51,324 nt of DNA from Gemmatimonadales bacterium. GTDB taxonomy: Bacteria > Gemmatimonadota > Gemmatimonadetes > Gemmatimonadales > GWC2-71-9. Position numbers and translations under genes: made by a program. The DNA lies in assembly GCA_041613315.1 (NCBI GenBank), contig JBFJHJ010000022.1, positions 1-51,324 of the forward strand, given 5' to 3'. Numbering within the stretch: position 1 is the first letter of the stretch; the number at the start of each line of letters is the position of its first letter. Below are positions 37,951-46,992 of the stretch, one piece after another. The notes beneath the pieces were generated by a model, which saw only the letters and a program-made list of their open reading frames with translations, did no database searches and had not been told where the DNA came from.

Positions 37951-38223
37951 GGTCTCCCTCGTCACCCTCCCAGCTCGGGTCCGCGCCGGCCGCGGGGACG
38001 ATGCGGCACGGCGTAGGACGCTCTCAAAGTACGAGCCCGGGCCACCCGCCGTCGAGGCGCTCGGGCGCCACCCCGGACGCACGGCGTCGGGCCCGCGTTG
38101 CCAAGATGGCCGGCCTGCCGCCTTGTGCACAGTGGCGGTTGTCGGCCCCTTGCACGATTGCGCTGGCTTCGTCGTCGCGCTCTCTTTCTTCGATCCCTCT
38201 CATACGCGGTCTGGGGAGGTGCG

Positions 38224-39033
38224 ATGCCGACAACCCATGCGGTCGACGCGGACGGCGCGAAGCTCCACGTCGTGGAGAAGGGCGACGGCCCCCCCGTGGT
38301 GTTCGGACACGGGTACCTGTTCGATCATCGCATGTACGACAGCCAGCTCGACACCCTGGCGGCCGATCACCGCGTCATCGCCCTCGACTGGCGCGCGCAC
38401 GGCGCGAGTGGGACGCCGACTACCCGCTGGTCCATGCGGGACCAGGGCATCGACTACGTCCGGGTCATGGATGCCCTCGGCGTGGAGCAGGCCGTGGTGG
38501 TGGGGCAGAGCATGGGCGGCATGGCCGCACTGCACTTGGCGCTCGAATACCCGGAGCGCGTCCGCGGCCTGGTCCTGATCGACACCAGCGCCGCCGCGGA
38601 GACCCTCGCGCGGCGCCTCAAGTACCTGACCCTCGCCGGACTCGCGCGGACCTTCGGCATGCGCCGCGCACTGCTCGAGCAGGCCGCCGCAGTGGCCTTC
38701 GGGCCGACGTTCCGCCGCTCTGAACCGGCGACGGTACGCCTGTGGATGGACCGCTGGGCACGGCTGGACCCGAGGACCCTGCCCCGCTCCGTCCGCGTGC
38801 CGGTGTTCCGCCCGTCCGTGCTCGGCCGCGTCGCCACGATCTCGGCGCCGACGCTGGTCATCGTCGGGGCTGAGGACGCGACAACGCCGCCCAGCGAATC
38901 ACTCCGCCTCGTCCACCGCCTCCCACATGCGCGCCTCGAGATCCTCCCGGAAACCGGCCACATGGCTCCCATCGAGCGGCCGGATGAGATCAGCCGGCTC
39001 ATCCGCGGGTTCCTCGCGGAACTGGGCTGGTAG
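38224..39033 (+). CDS. Alpha/beta hydrolase
   Basis: HGYL, DWRAHG, GQSMGG, GAEDATTP, GHMAPIERP; RBS ggggagg. Confidence 0.9.
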   Translation: MPTTHAVDADGAKLHVVEKGDGPPVVFGHGYLFDHRMYDSQLDTLAADHRVIALDWRAHGASGTPTTRWSMRDQGIDYVRVMDALGVEQAVVVGQSMGGMAALHLALEYPERVRGLVLIDTSAAAETLARRLKYLTLAGLARTFGMRRALLEQAAAVAFGPTFRRSEPATVRLWMDRWARLDPRTLPRSVRVPVFRPSVLGRVATISAPTLVIVGAEDATTPPSESLRLVHRLPHARLEILPETGHMAPIERPDEISRLIRGFLAELGW

Positions 39034-39039
39034 GAGCCC

Positions 39040-41163
39040 ATGATCCGACTGCCGTTCGCACGTCTCAGCAAAGAGCTCACCCTGTTCGACGTGTACGTGA
39101 TCTCGACGGGCGCGATGATCAGCACGGGCTTCTTCCTGCTACCCGGCCTCGCGACCGCATCTACCGGCCCCAGCGTGGTCTTCGCCTACCTGCTGGCGGG
39201 CCTCTTGATCATTCCGGCGTTGCTGAGTCAGGCCGAGCTCTCGACGGCGATGCCGAGGGCGGGAGGCGCCTACTACTTCCTCGATCGGACCTTGGGCCCG
39301 TTGGTGGGGACGGTTGGCGGCGTCGGGACCTGGTTCGCCCTCGTGCTCAAGAGCGCGTTCGGGTTGATCGGCATGGGTGCCTACCTCGGGCTCGTGCTCG
39401 ACGTACCCATTGTGCCGACGGCGATCGGCGTGACGGTGCTGCTCGCTGCGCTGAACGTCGCCGGGTCGAAGGAATCGAGCGGATTACTCCGCGTGCTGGT
39501 GACGACTCTCCTCATCATCCTCTTTGTCTTCATCCTCAGCGGCGCCGTGCACCTGACGCAGGCAGATGCCACGTCGCCGTGGCGGGGTCCCGAACCGTTC
39601 ATGCCGGGCGGTATCGACGGGCTGTTGGCGACGGTCGGATTGGTCTTCGTCTCGTTCGGCGGACTGGCGAAGGTGGCGAGCCTCGCCGAAGAGGTCAAAC
39701 ATCCAGACCGTAACATCCCTCTCGGCATGGGCTTGGCGCTCGGGACGGTGACGGTCGTGTATGTAGCGGGGGTGGCTATCATGGTCGCCGCGCTGGGGAC
39801 GCAGACGTTGAGCAGCAGTCTCACGCCGGTCGCGGCCGCGGCCGGCGCCATCTTCTCCTGGATGCCGGGGCGCAGCGGCACCTGGCTCACCGTAGCGGCG
39901 GCTGTCACCGCGTTCGCCGCCATGGCCAACGCCGGCATCATGTCCGCCTCCCGCTACCCCCTGGCGATGGCGCGAGATCGCCTTTTCCCGGACGGGCTCG
40001 CGGCAACCGGTCGCCGCGGCACCCCGGTGCGGTCCATCCTGCTCACATGCACCCTGTTGGTGGGCGCGCTGCTCATCCTGGACGTCGAGAGTGTCGCCAA
40101 GCTCGCCAGCGCCCTCTTGCTGCTGCTGTTCGGCCTGCTGAACGTCGCCGTGATCGTCATGCGAGAGAGCGGTATCGATTCTTACGATCCGGCCTTCCGC
40201 TCGCCGTTCTACCCGTGGGTGCAATTCATCGGAGTGTTCGCGCCACTCGTGCTGATGGCGGAGATGGGATGGCTCCCCGTGCTCTTCACGGTGGGCGTGA
40301 CGGGGGCGAGCGTCGGTTGGTACACCTACTACGCGCGCGACCGGATTGGCCGGGACGGGGCGATCTTCCACGTGTTCGAGCGCCTCGGTCGCCGGCGGTT
40401 CGCGGGGCTCGACCGCGAGCTCCGCGACATCATGAAGGAGAAGGGGCTCCGGGCCGAGGACCCGTTCGACGAAGTCGTGGCACAGGCCTTCGTGCTGGAT
40501 CTTCCCGATCCGATCGGGCTCGACGAGGCCATTCACGATGCGTCTGAACTCCTGGCCCAGCGGGTCCCAGTGGATGCCGAGGCCTTGATCGAAGAGTTCA
40601 GCAGCGGGATCGGCCACGGGGGAACCGCCGTCGCGCACGGCGTAGCGCTCCTGCACGCTCGGCCCCCCAACGTCGAGGGGTCCGAAATGGTCCTGGTGCG
40701 CTGCAACCGGGGCGTCGTTCTCGACGTGGGCGAAGAGGACTTCGCCAGGGAGGCAGGCTCAGCCCGGATCCGCGCGGTCTTCTTCCTCGTGAGCGGTGAG
40801 CGGGACCCCGGCCGCCACCTGAGGATCCTGGCGCAGCTCGCCGGTCGCGTGGAGGACGAGCAGTTCATGGACGAGTGGCTCGCCGACCGTAACGAACAGG
40901 AGCTGAAAGAGACCCTGCTCCGCGACGAGCGATTCCTCTCGCTCACGGTCGCGACGGGAACCCCGACCGAGCAACTCGTCGGACTGGCGCTCCGCGATCT
41001 CCCGATGCCCGACGGAAGCCTCGTGGCCCTCATTCGGCGCCGCGGGCGTCAGATCGTCCCACGCGGACGGACGGTTCTGCAGGAGGGTGACCGCCTCACG
41101 ATCATCGGCGACGCGGTCGGACTCGCGCAGCTGATGGAGCGCTACGGCGACGGCGCCGGCTGA
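39040..41163 (+). CDS. APC-family permease fused to PTS EIIA-like and TrkA-C (RCK-C) domains
   Basis: GAMISTGFFLLPG, AELSTAMPRAGG, AEEVKHP, SASRYPLAMARD; HGVALLH...HLRILAQLA; VALIRRRGRQIVPRGRTVLQEGDRL. Confidence 0.85.
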   Translation: MIRLPFARLSKELTLFDVYVISTGAMISTGFFLLPGLATASTGPSVVFAYLLAGLLIIPALLSQAELSTAMPRAGGAYYFLDRTLGPLVGTVGGVGTWFALVLKSAFGLIGMGAYLGLVLDVPIVPTAIGVTVLLAALNVAGSKESSGLLRVLVTTLLIILFVFILSGAVHLTQADATSPWRGPEPFMPGGIDGLLATVGLVFVSFGGLAKVASLAEEVKHPDRNIPLGMGLALGTVTVVYVAGVAIMVAALGTQTLSSSLTPVAAAAGAIFSWMPGRSGTWLTVAAAVTAFAAMANAGIMSASRYPLAMARDRLFPDGLAATGRRGTPVRSILLTCTLLVGALLILDVESVAKLASALLLLLFGLLNVAVIVMRESGIDSYDPAFRSPFYPWVQFIGVFAPLVLMAEMGWLPVLFTVGVTGASVGWYTYYARDRIGRDGAIFHVFERLGRRRFAGLDRELRDIMKEKGLRAEDPFDEVVAQAFVLDLPDPIGLDEAIHDASELLAQRVPVDAEALIEEFSSGIGHGGTAVAHGVALLHARPPNVEGSEMVLVRCNRGVVLDVGEEDFAREAGSARIRAVFFLVSGERDPGRHLRILAQLAGRVEDEQFMDEWLADRNEQELKETLLRDERFLSLTVATGTPTEQLVGLALRDLPMPDGSLVALIRRRGRQIVPRGRTVLQEGDRLTIIGDAVGLAQLMERYGDGAG

Positions 41164-41320
41164 CTCAGGTCGCCGCGATCGCGTACAACAGATCGACGTA
41201 CCCCTTCGTCACCTCCGCCAAGCCGGCGATTCCGGAGCCCGGCTTCGGGCTGATCGCCATGTATTCGTCGGGAGCGCGAGCGCCGAACCTACGACCAGAG
41301 AATCACGCCCACCGCGGCGA

Positions 41321-41440
41321 TCACGACCCGGCGACGTCAGCAAGGTCGTCTTCGTTTGCCACGATCGGCCTGACGAGGAGCGCGTGCTTGAGCACGAACG
41401 GCCCGCACAGCCATGGGTTGGGCTGCTGGCAGATTCCCAT
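41321..41440 (-). pseudogene. Remnant of a C39-like cysteine peptidase N-terminus
   Basis: Own translation MGICQQPNPWLCGPFVLKHALLVRPIVANEDDLADVAGS* (Q-x5-CG pattern), stop after 39 codons. Confidence 0.5.
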
Positions 41441-41530
41441 GTGCGATGAGTCGGCTTCCTGCACAAATTACCTTGTTACCCGAGAGGACCAAGCGGCGGC
41501 CTCTCCTGGTCTCCGGAAGGCATGGAGTCT

Positions 41531-42655
41531 ATGGCAAACGAAAAGACCTCAGTCGTGGTCTTGTACAACCACGTAGGCGAAGACGAGTACGAGAAGCTCG
41601 AGCAGGTCGATCCCAAGACGTTGGGATTCACCCCAGAGTACCCGATCCACGTCGCCACGGTGACGGAAGAGTATCGCGCCATCGCTCGGGCGCTGCGCCG
41701 CGAGGGATTCAAGGTCCGACTGGTGAATCTCCAGGAAGACATCCGGCGCTTGGAGCGATTGGTGCGCCGCAACCGGCCCGACGCGATCTTCAATCTGGTC
41801 GAGCACTTCCGCGACGACGCCGAGCTGGAGGCCGACGTCGCCGGCTTTTTCGACCTCCATGGCATGCCGTACACGGGCGCGCCCCCCTTCGCGCTCGGGC
41901 TGTGCCAGAAAAAAGGCTTGGCGAAGCAGGTCTTGCTGGCGAACGGGGTGCCGACGCCCAAGTTCCGTATCCTGGACCACGCGCGCATCCCCAAGCGCCA
42001 CGGCCTGCACTACCCGCTCATCGTGAAACCGGCACGCGAGGACGCCAGCACGGGCGTCGAGCCCGGGTCCGTCGTGTACGACTACGCCGAGCTCACGGCG
42101 CGGCTCGCCACCGTGTTCGAAGAGTTCGACCCGCCGATTCTCGTGGAAGAGTTCATCGAAGGAAAGGAGCTGCACGTCGGCGTCCTGGGCAACGACCCCC
42201 CCAAGATGCTACCGCCGATCGAGTTCGATTTCTCGGACCTGCCGCCGGAGCATCCGTCCATCATCAGCTACGCGGCGAAGTGGGACCCGCTCGACGAGAT
42301 CTACCACCGGGTCCACACGATCTGCCCGGCGAAGCTCTCGAAACGCGCGTTGAAGAGGGTCGAGGAAGTGTCGCTGCGGGCCTATCGCGTCATGGCCTGC
42401 CGCGACTACGCGCGACTCGACATTCGTCTCACCCCCCGCAACCACCCGTACGTGCTGGAGGTGAACCCGAATCCGGACCTCACCGAGGGCGTGTCATTCA
42501 TGGAGTCCGCCGAGGTGGCCGGCTACGGCTTCGGCGAGACCCTGCGCATGATGGTCGAGTTTGCGCTCGAGCGGCGCCCTGCCGAGGACGATGTGCCGGA
42601 CCTGGCGCCGCTGAGCCCGACGGAGCCGCCGTCCCCCGCCGAGCGCGCGGGCTAG
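41531..42655 (+). CDS. D-Ala-D-Ala ligase-like ATP-grasp protein (non-canonical)
   Basis: FNLVE, PYTG, IVKPAREDAS, EEFIEGKE, SYAAKW, RDYARLDIR, LEVNPNP; ggag before ATG 41531 (alt 41522). Confidence 0.85.
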   Translation: MANEKTSVVVLYNHVGEDEYEKLEQVDPKTLGFTPEYPIHVATVTEEYRAIARALRREGFKVRLVNLQEDIRRLERLVRRNRPDAIFNLVEHFRDDAELEADVAGFFDLHGMPYTGAPPFALGLCQKKGLAKQVLLANGVPTPKFRILDHARIPKRHGLHYPLIVKPAREDASTGVEPGSVVYDYAELTARLATVFEEFDPPILVEEFIEGKELHVGVLGNDPPKMLPPIEFDFSDLPPEHPSIISYAAKWDPLDEIYHRVHTICPAKLSKRALKRVEEVSLRAYRVMACRDYARLDIRLTPRNHPYVLEVNPNPDLTEGVSFMESAEVAGYGFGETLRMMVEFALERRPAEDDVPDLAPLSPTEPPSPAERAG

Positions 42656-42706
42656 TTCGCTGCGCCTCAGACCTGCCGGCGGGCAGCTCGCCAGCGAACG
42701 ACTCCC

Positions 42707-43021
42707 TCAGCACCCGCTGGCGCGGATGCACTCCAAGATCGCCGAAACCCTTGGCTCGACCACGCGGTAGAAGGCGAAGTTGCCCTCCCGCCGCACGTCC
42801 ACGATGTCGTGCCCCCTGAGAATCGCCAGCTGCTGAGAGACCTGAGGCTGAGAGGCGGTCGCGTAGCCCTGAAGCTCCGAGACCGTTTTCTCGCCCGTCT
42901 CGAGCGCTTCCAGCAGCCGGAGGCGCAGCGGATGGCCAAGGCACTTGATGACAGCGGCGGCGCGGCCCAGCACCTCCGAATGGATTCTGTCCGCCGCCGT
43001 CGAACTCTTGGAGTCAACCAC
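42707..43021 (-). CDS. ArsR/SmtB family transcriptional regulator
   Basis: KCLGHPLRLRLL, SQPQVSQQLAILR, RREG..FY; GGAGG before GTG 43021. Confidence 0.88.
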   Translation of the reverse strand: MVDSKSSTAADRIHSEVLGRAAAVIKCLGHPLRLRLLEALETGEKTVSELQGYATASQPQVSQQLAILRGHDIVDVRREGNFAFYRVVEPRVSAILECIRASGC

Positions 43022-43078
43022 CCCAGCCTCCCGGTGCCGAGCCGCGCCCGCCCAGGCCCCGGCGGATAGCAAGCCGGA

Positions 43079-43588
43079 TCACGTGAAGATGATTTCTCCG
43101 CCCCCGGCCAACTTGTAGAACTCACCCACCGTGATGACGTCCTCCACCGCATCGATGAAGTCGTCCTTGGTGAGATCGAACATGTCCACCGTCGCCTGAC
43201 AGGCGTAGAGGCGGCCACCGGAATCGGCGATCATCTGGACGAACTCGGGGATCGGCGGGATGTCCAGTTCCTCCATCTTCTTCTGCATCTGACGCGTGAC
43301 CATCGCCGACATGCCGGGCACGCCACCCAGCCAGGTCATGAGATGCAGGCCGGGGTTGCCGACGGTGGCCACTTTGATGCGCTCGTTCTTGCCGGTCCGG
43401 ATGGCGTCGAGCCCAAAGAACGTGAAGAAGACGTTGGCCTCGATGCCCTCCATGCGGGCACCGTTGGCCATGATCAATCCGGGGTAGATGCCCTCCAGCG
43501 ACCCTCTGGAGATGACGATCGAGACTCTCTCGATCGTGTCGCTCGCGCCCGTCGCCGACTCGCGGGCGGGCAATGTCGCGCTCGTCAT
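43079..43588 (-). CDS. DsrE/DsrF/DrsH-like (DsrE2-type) sulfur carrier
   Basis: VFFTFFGL, IPPIPEF, LYACQATVDMF. Confidence 0.85.
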   Translation of the reverse strand: MTSATLPARESATGASDTIERVSIVISRGSLEGIYPGLIMANGARMEGIEANVFFTFFGLDAIRTGKNERIKVATVGNPGLHLMTWLGGVPGMSAMVTRQMQKKMEELDIPPIPEFVQMIADSGGRLYACQATVDMFDLTKDDFIDAVEDVITVGEFYKLAGGGEIIFT

Positions 43589-43612
43589 CGGTGTCGTTTC
43601 TCCTTCCCGCGT

Positions 43613-43930
43613 CTAGATGCACCCACGCGGCTTGGGAATGCCGCCGATCTTGGCGGCGAGCTTCGCCGGCCCTTTGGGGAACAGCTGGTACAGCTCCTTG
43701 ATCGCCACGCCTGACTCCTTACCCATCGTCCGGATGGACGGCGCCGTGCCGGTCTCCAGGTAGCGACGGCGCATGAACTCGATCACCAACCAGTGCCGGT
43801 CCGTCAGCGGTGCGACGCCTGCTTCCTCGGCGATCGCCTCACCGACGCTCCGGTCCCATTGATCAGGCTGTTGAAGGAAGCCCTCGGCATCGACTTCGAG
43901 CTCTCGGCTCGCTAGCGTCACGGTTGCCAC
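43613..43930 (-). CDS. tusE: TusE/DsrC family sulfur relay protein
   Basis: VDAEGFL, LTDRHWLVI, LYQLFPKGP, C-terminal GIPKPRGCI. Confidence 0.88.
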   Translation of the reverse strand: MATVTLASRELEVDAEGFLQQPDQWDRSVGEAIAEEAGVAPLTDRHWLVIEFMRRRYLETGTAPSIRTMGKESGVAIKELYQLFPKGPAKLAAKIGGIPKPRGCI

Positions 43931-43954
43931 GTCATGCTCTCCTTGTTCAAAGCG

Positions 43955-45235
43955 TCAGATCCTCTCGGCTGTGAGTGCGTTTGCACGTAGCCGCCGCTTG
44001 CCGCGCATGGACATCTCCGCGGACACGCCGGGAAGATCGCGGCCGCGCAGTAACAGATGCCAATACACCCACCGGAACCACATCTTGCCGGCGTGGTTCA
44101 GACGCGTCTCCTTGAGGAGCGACATCGGTCCCACGACCGGCATGGGGAACTTCCCGGGCAGCGGCTCGACCTCGTAGTTGAAGTCGATCAAGAGCGCCTT
44201 CTCGAAACCGGTCTCGATGAAGCAGTTCGCGTGCCCGTCGAACCGCGCCGGCGGAGGGTTGCCCGCCAGGTGAGCGCGGATGTTCTCCACGACGACGTCG
44301 GCCTCGAAGTGCGCGACGGAACCCGCCTTGGAGGTCGGCACGTTGGTCGCGTCGCCGATCACATAGATATTGGGCTTGCGCTTCGCTTGGAGCGACGCGG
44401 AATCCGTCAGGACAAAGTCCATGTCGTCGCCTAGTCCCGGCGAGCGCCCCACGAATGCCGCCCCCATGTGGAGCGGGACGGTGACCAGCAGTTCGAACGG
44501 CTCCACGCGGTCATCCCACGAGATCAGCCGTCCCTCGGCACCGTCGACTTCCCCCGTATTGAACTCGGTGACCAGCCTGATGCGCTTTTCCTCGAGCAGG
44601 TGGCCGAGCTGCCGCGCGGCGACGGGCTTCGTAAACGCGCCGTCCAGCGGGGTGACGAGTGCGATGTCCACCCGGTCGCGGATGCCCCGCTCGGTGAAGT
44701 ACCAGTCGGCGAGGAACACGAACTCGAGGGGAGCGACCGGGCACTTGATCGGCAGGTCCACTATGTTCACCACGAGCCGGCCGCCCTTCCACGTCTCGAG
44801 CTCCCGAGCCAGGGCCGTAGCGCCCTCCAGGGTGTAGAAGTCGAAGATCGATTCACGCCACCCGGTGCCGGTCAGGCCTTCGGTCTCTTCCGGCACGACC
44901 CGCGTACCCGTCGCCACGACCAGGACGTCGTACGACAGGTGGTCGCCGTTGTTCAGGTATACGCGGTCCTCGTCCGGCTCCACTCGCTCGATTCCGCTCG
45001 AAACGTATCGCACGCCCCTCGGCAGATAGCGCCGGCGGGACTTGACGATCTCCTCGGCGGTGTAGATACCGAACGGCACGAAGAGTAGGCCTGGCTGGTA
45101 GAGGTGCCGGTCGTCTTGATCCACCACCGTTACTCCTATGTCCCCCGCCTGGATCTCGGACCGCCAGAGGCGCTCGAAACGGTTGGCCGCGATCGTACCG
45201 GCGGTGCCGGCTCCTAAGATCAAGATGTGTTTCAT
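43955..45235 (-). CDS. sqr: Sulfide:quinone oxidoreductase, type III-like flavoprotein
   Basis: GAGTAG, HLYQPG, IKCPVAPLEF, IGDATNVPTSKAG, NCFIETG. Confidence 0.82.
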   Translation of the reverse strand: MKHILILGAGTAGTIAANRFERLWRSEIQAGDIGVTVVDQDDRHLYQPGLLFVPFGIYTAEEIVKSRRRYLPRGVRYVSSGIERVEPDEDRVYLNNGDHLSYDVLVVATGTRVVPEETEGLTGTGWRESIFDFYTLEGATALARELETWKGGRLVVNIVDLPIKCPVAPLEFVFLADWYFTERGIRDRVDIALVTPLDGAFTKPVAARQLGHLLEEKRIRLVTEFNTGEVDGAEGRLISWDDRVEPFELLVTVPLHMGAAFVGRSPGLGDDMDFVLTDSASLQAKRKPNIYVIGDATNVPTSKAGSVAHFEADVVVENIRAHLAGNPPPARFDGHANCFIETGFEKALLIDFNYEVEPLPGKFPMPVVGPMSLLKETRLNHAGKMWFRWVYWHLLLRGRDLPGVSAEMSMRGKRRLRANALTAERI

Positions 45236-45336
45236 CTTGCGGCTTCCTCGTGCGTCGGGGCTTTGTCGGCGAAACGCCGTGGCGCGTCACGTAGCGCCGG
45301 AATGCAGGCGCAACATAGAACAAAGGTGATATTGCT

Positions 45337-45365
45337 ATGCTTATCTGCGCATGAACCAAACTTTA
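45337..45365 (-). promoter_or_regulatory. Putative -10 box and ArsR-type operator of the sqr operon
   Basis: - strand TAAAGT (45365-60) followed by palindrome ATGC-N8-GCAT (45337-52) in an AT-rich patch. Confidence 0.45.
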
Positions 45366-45432
45366 CGAACGGATCGCGGCCACGCGTAGCAAAGTTGGTG
45401 AACGGCTGTCGGGCGTGGAGGTGCTGGCAGGC

Positions 45433-45960
45433 CTATCGGCTCTTGGTGATCGGCTCGTAACTGAACTTCTGTCCGCCGACCGAGGCTTCGTACATGAGGC
45501 CGCCCTTGGCCATGGTGACGATGGCGACACCACCGTTGTACGCGAGGTCGGCCGACGCGCCTTCTTTGATCGCGACGGCGGACGCCTGCGCGCTCAGCTC
45601 GAAGTTGCCGCGTCGGAAATCGTCCAGCGCGGTCTTGTCCTTGAAGAGGATCGCTTCACGGTATGCCTGGCCCCCCAGCTGGAACCCGATGGTCACCTGG
45701 GTGAGGGTCGAGCGACCCACCAGGGTCCCACGCTCGTAGACGTATCCCTTGCCCCGAGCGCCGCCGATCCCGATCCCGCCTTTGCCAACGGAGGGAAAGA
45801 CGGCATACCCGTAGGCGCTGCGGAAGAACTTGGCCAGGCCGGGGTCCGCTTTGGTGAACTCGGCGATCGCCTTGGCCACGTCGTCCTGCGCGTGAGAGGG
45901 GCCGGGGACGCCGAGGCCTACACCGAGGAATAGCAACACGCCCAAGGTCCTGCCGTTCAT
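45433..45960 (-). CDS. SYLF/YSC84-like lipid-binding exported protein
   Basis: Signal peptide; GYAVFPSVGKGGIGIGG, IGFQLGGQ, GLMYEASVGGQKF. Confidence 0.85.
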   Translation of the reverse strand: MNGRTLGVLLFLGVGLGVPGPSHAQDDVAKAIAEFTKADPGLAKFFRSAYGYAVFPSVGKGGIGIGGARGKGYVYERGTLVGRSTLTQVTIGFQLGGQAYREAILFKDKTALDDFRRGNFELSAQASAVAIKEGASADLAYNGGVAIVTMAKGGLMYEASVGGQKFSYEPITKSR

Positions 45961-46118
45961 TGTCGTCTCACTTCGTCGGCTGAAGCCGAATCTAACCAAG
46001 CTCGGGCAGCTCGGTCCAGCGTTGCGATCGCCTGCGGTTGGATCGAGCAGCCGTGCGGGGCGCCTGCGCCCGCCCCCGCATCTTCCCCTCCCGCCGCTCC
46101 CCTCCTAAGCTTGGGCGC

Positions 46119-46985
46119 ATGCCGCCTGCCACGCCGGTGAAACACATCTCCGACACCGCCCGCTGGGTGGCCATGTACCGCGCCCAGGAGTCGGAGCGGC
46201 CCGATGCGCTGTTCCGCGACCCGTACGCACGGCGGCTTGCGGGCCCGCAGGGCGAAGAGATCCTGCGCGCGATGCCCAAGGCGCAGCAGTTTGGCTGGCC
46301 CATGATCGTCCGCACGGCGGTCATGGACGAGTTCATCCTGCAAGCCGTCGGGCGCGACGGCGTGGACACCGTCGTGAACCTCGCGGCCGGCCTCGACGCC
46401 AGGCCATACCGACTCCCCCTTGGGCCCGAGTTGCGGTGGATCGACGTCGATCTCCCGGGCATCCTGACGTACAAGCAAGAGCAGCTGGCGAACGAGAGAC
46501 CGCACTGTACGCTGGAGTTCGCCGGCGTAGACCTCACCGACGCGTCCGCGCGAGGCGCGATCTTCGCCCGCGTGGGGGCAGCCAGCCGGCGCGCGCTGAT
46601 CGTCACTGAAGGCCTCCTCGTGTACCTGACGCCCGACCAGGTCGCGGAGCTCGCCGCTCAGCTCAACGAGCAGGCGGCGTTTCGCTGGTGGCTGATTGAC
46701 CTGGCCGCGCCCCGGCTCCTCCAGATGCTGCAGCGCACCTGGGGTAAGACGCTCGGCGCCGGCGGGGCGCCACTGCGCTTCGCCCCCGCTGAGAGCACGG
46801 CGTTCTTCGGTCCGCATGGCTGGGAAGAGGCCGAGTTCCGATCCGTGTGGCACGAGTCGTTTCGGCTCGGTCGCACGATGCGCCTCGGGCGCTTCTGGCG
46901 CTTCGTCAGCCGCTTCTACCCGAAACGCGTGCGAGACCAGTTTCAGCGGATGTCGGGCATCGTGCTGTTGCGGCGCCGGGACTGA
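46119..46985 (+). CDS. SAM-dependent methyltransferase (LCM/TIGR00027-like)
   Basis: RAQESERPDALFRDPYA, VNLAAGLDARPYRL, DVDLP, TEGLLVYL; TAAGCT 7 nt before ATG. Confidence 0.88.
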   Translation: MPPATPVKHISDTARWVAMYRAQESERPDALFRDPYARRLAGPQGEEILRAMPKAQQFGWPMIVRTAVMDEFILQAVGRDGVDTVVNLAAGLDARPYRLPLGPELRWIDVDLPGILTYKQEQLANERPHCTLEFAGVDLTDASARGAIFARVGAASRRALIVTEGLLVYLTPDQVAELAAQLNEQAAFRWWLIDLAAPRLLQMLQRTWGKTLGAGGAPLRFAPAESTAFFGPHGWEEAEFRSVWHESFRLGRTMRLGRFWRFVSRFYPKRVRDQFQRMSGIVLLRRRD

Positions 46986-46992
46986 GCACGGC

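Noticed and set aside
41531..42655. Housekeeping ddl
   Set aside because: Missing the GGxSxE N-terminal motif; not in a cell-wall gene cluster.
43613..43930. DsrC as evidence of dissimilatory sulfur metabolism
   Set aside because: Lacks the second C-terminal Cys, and no dsrAB in the window.
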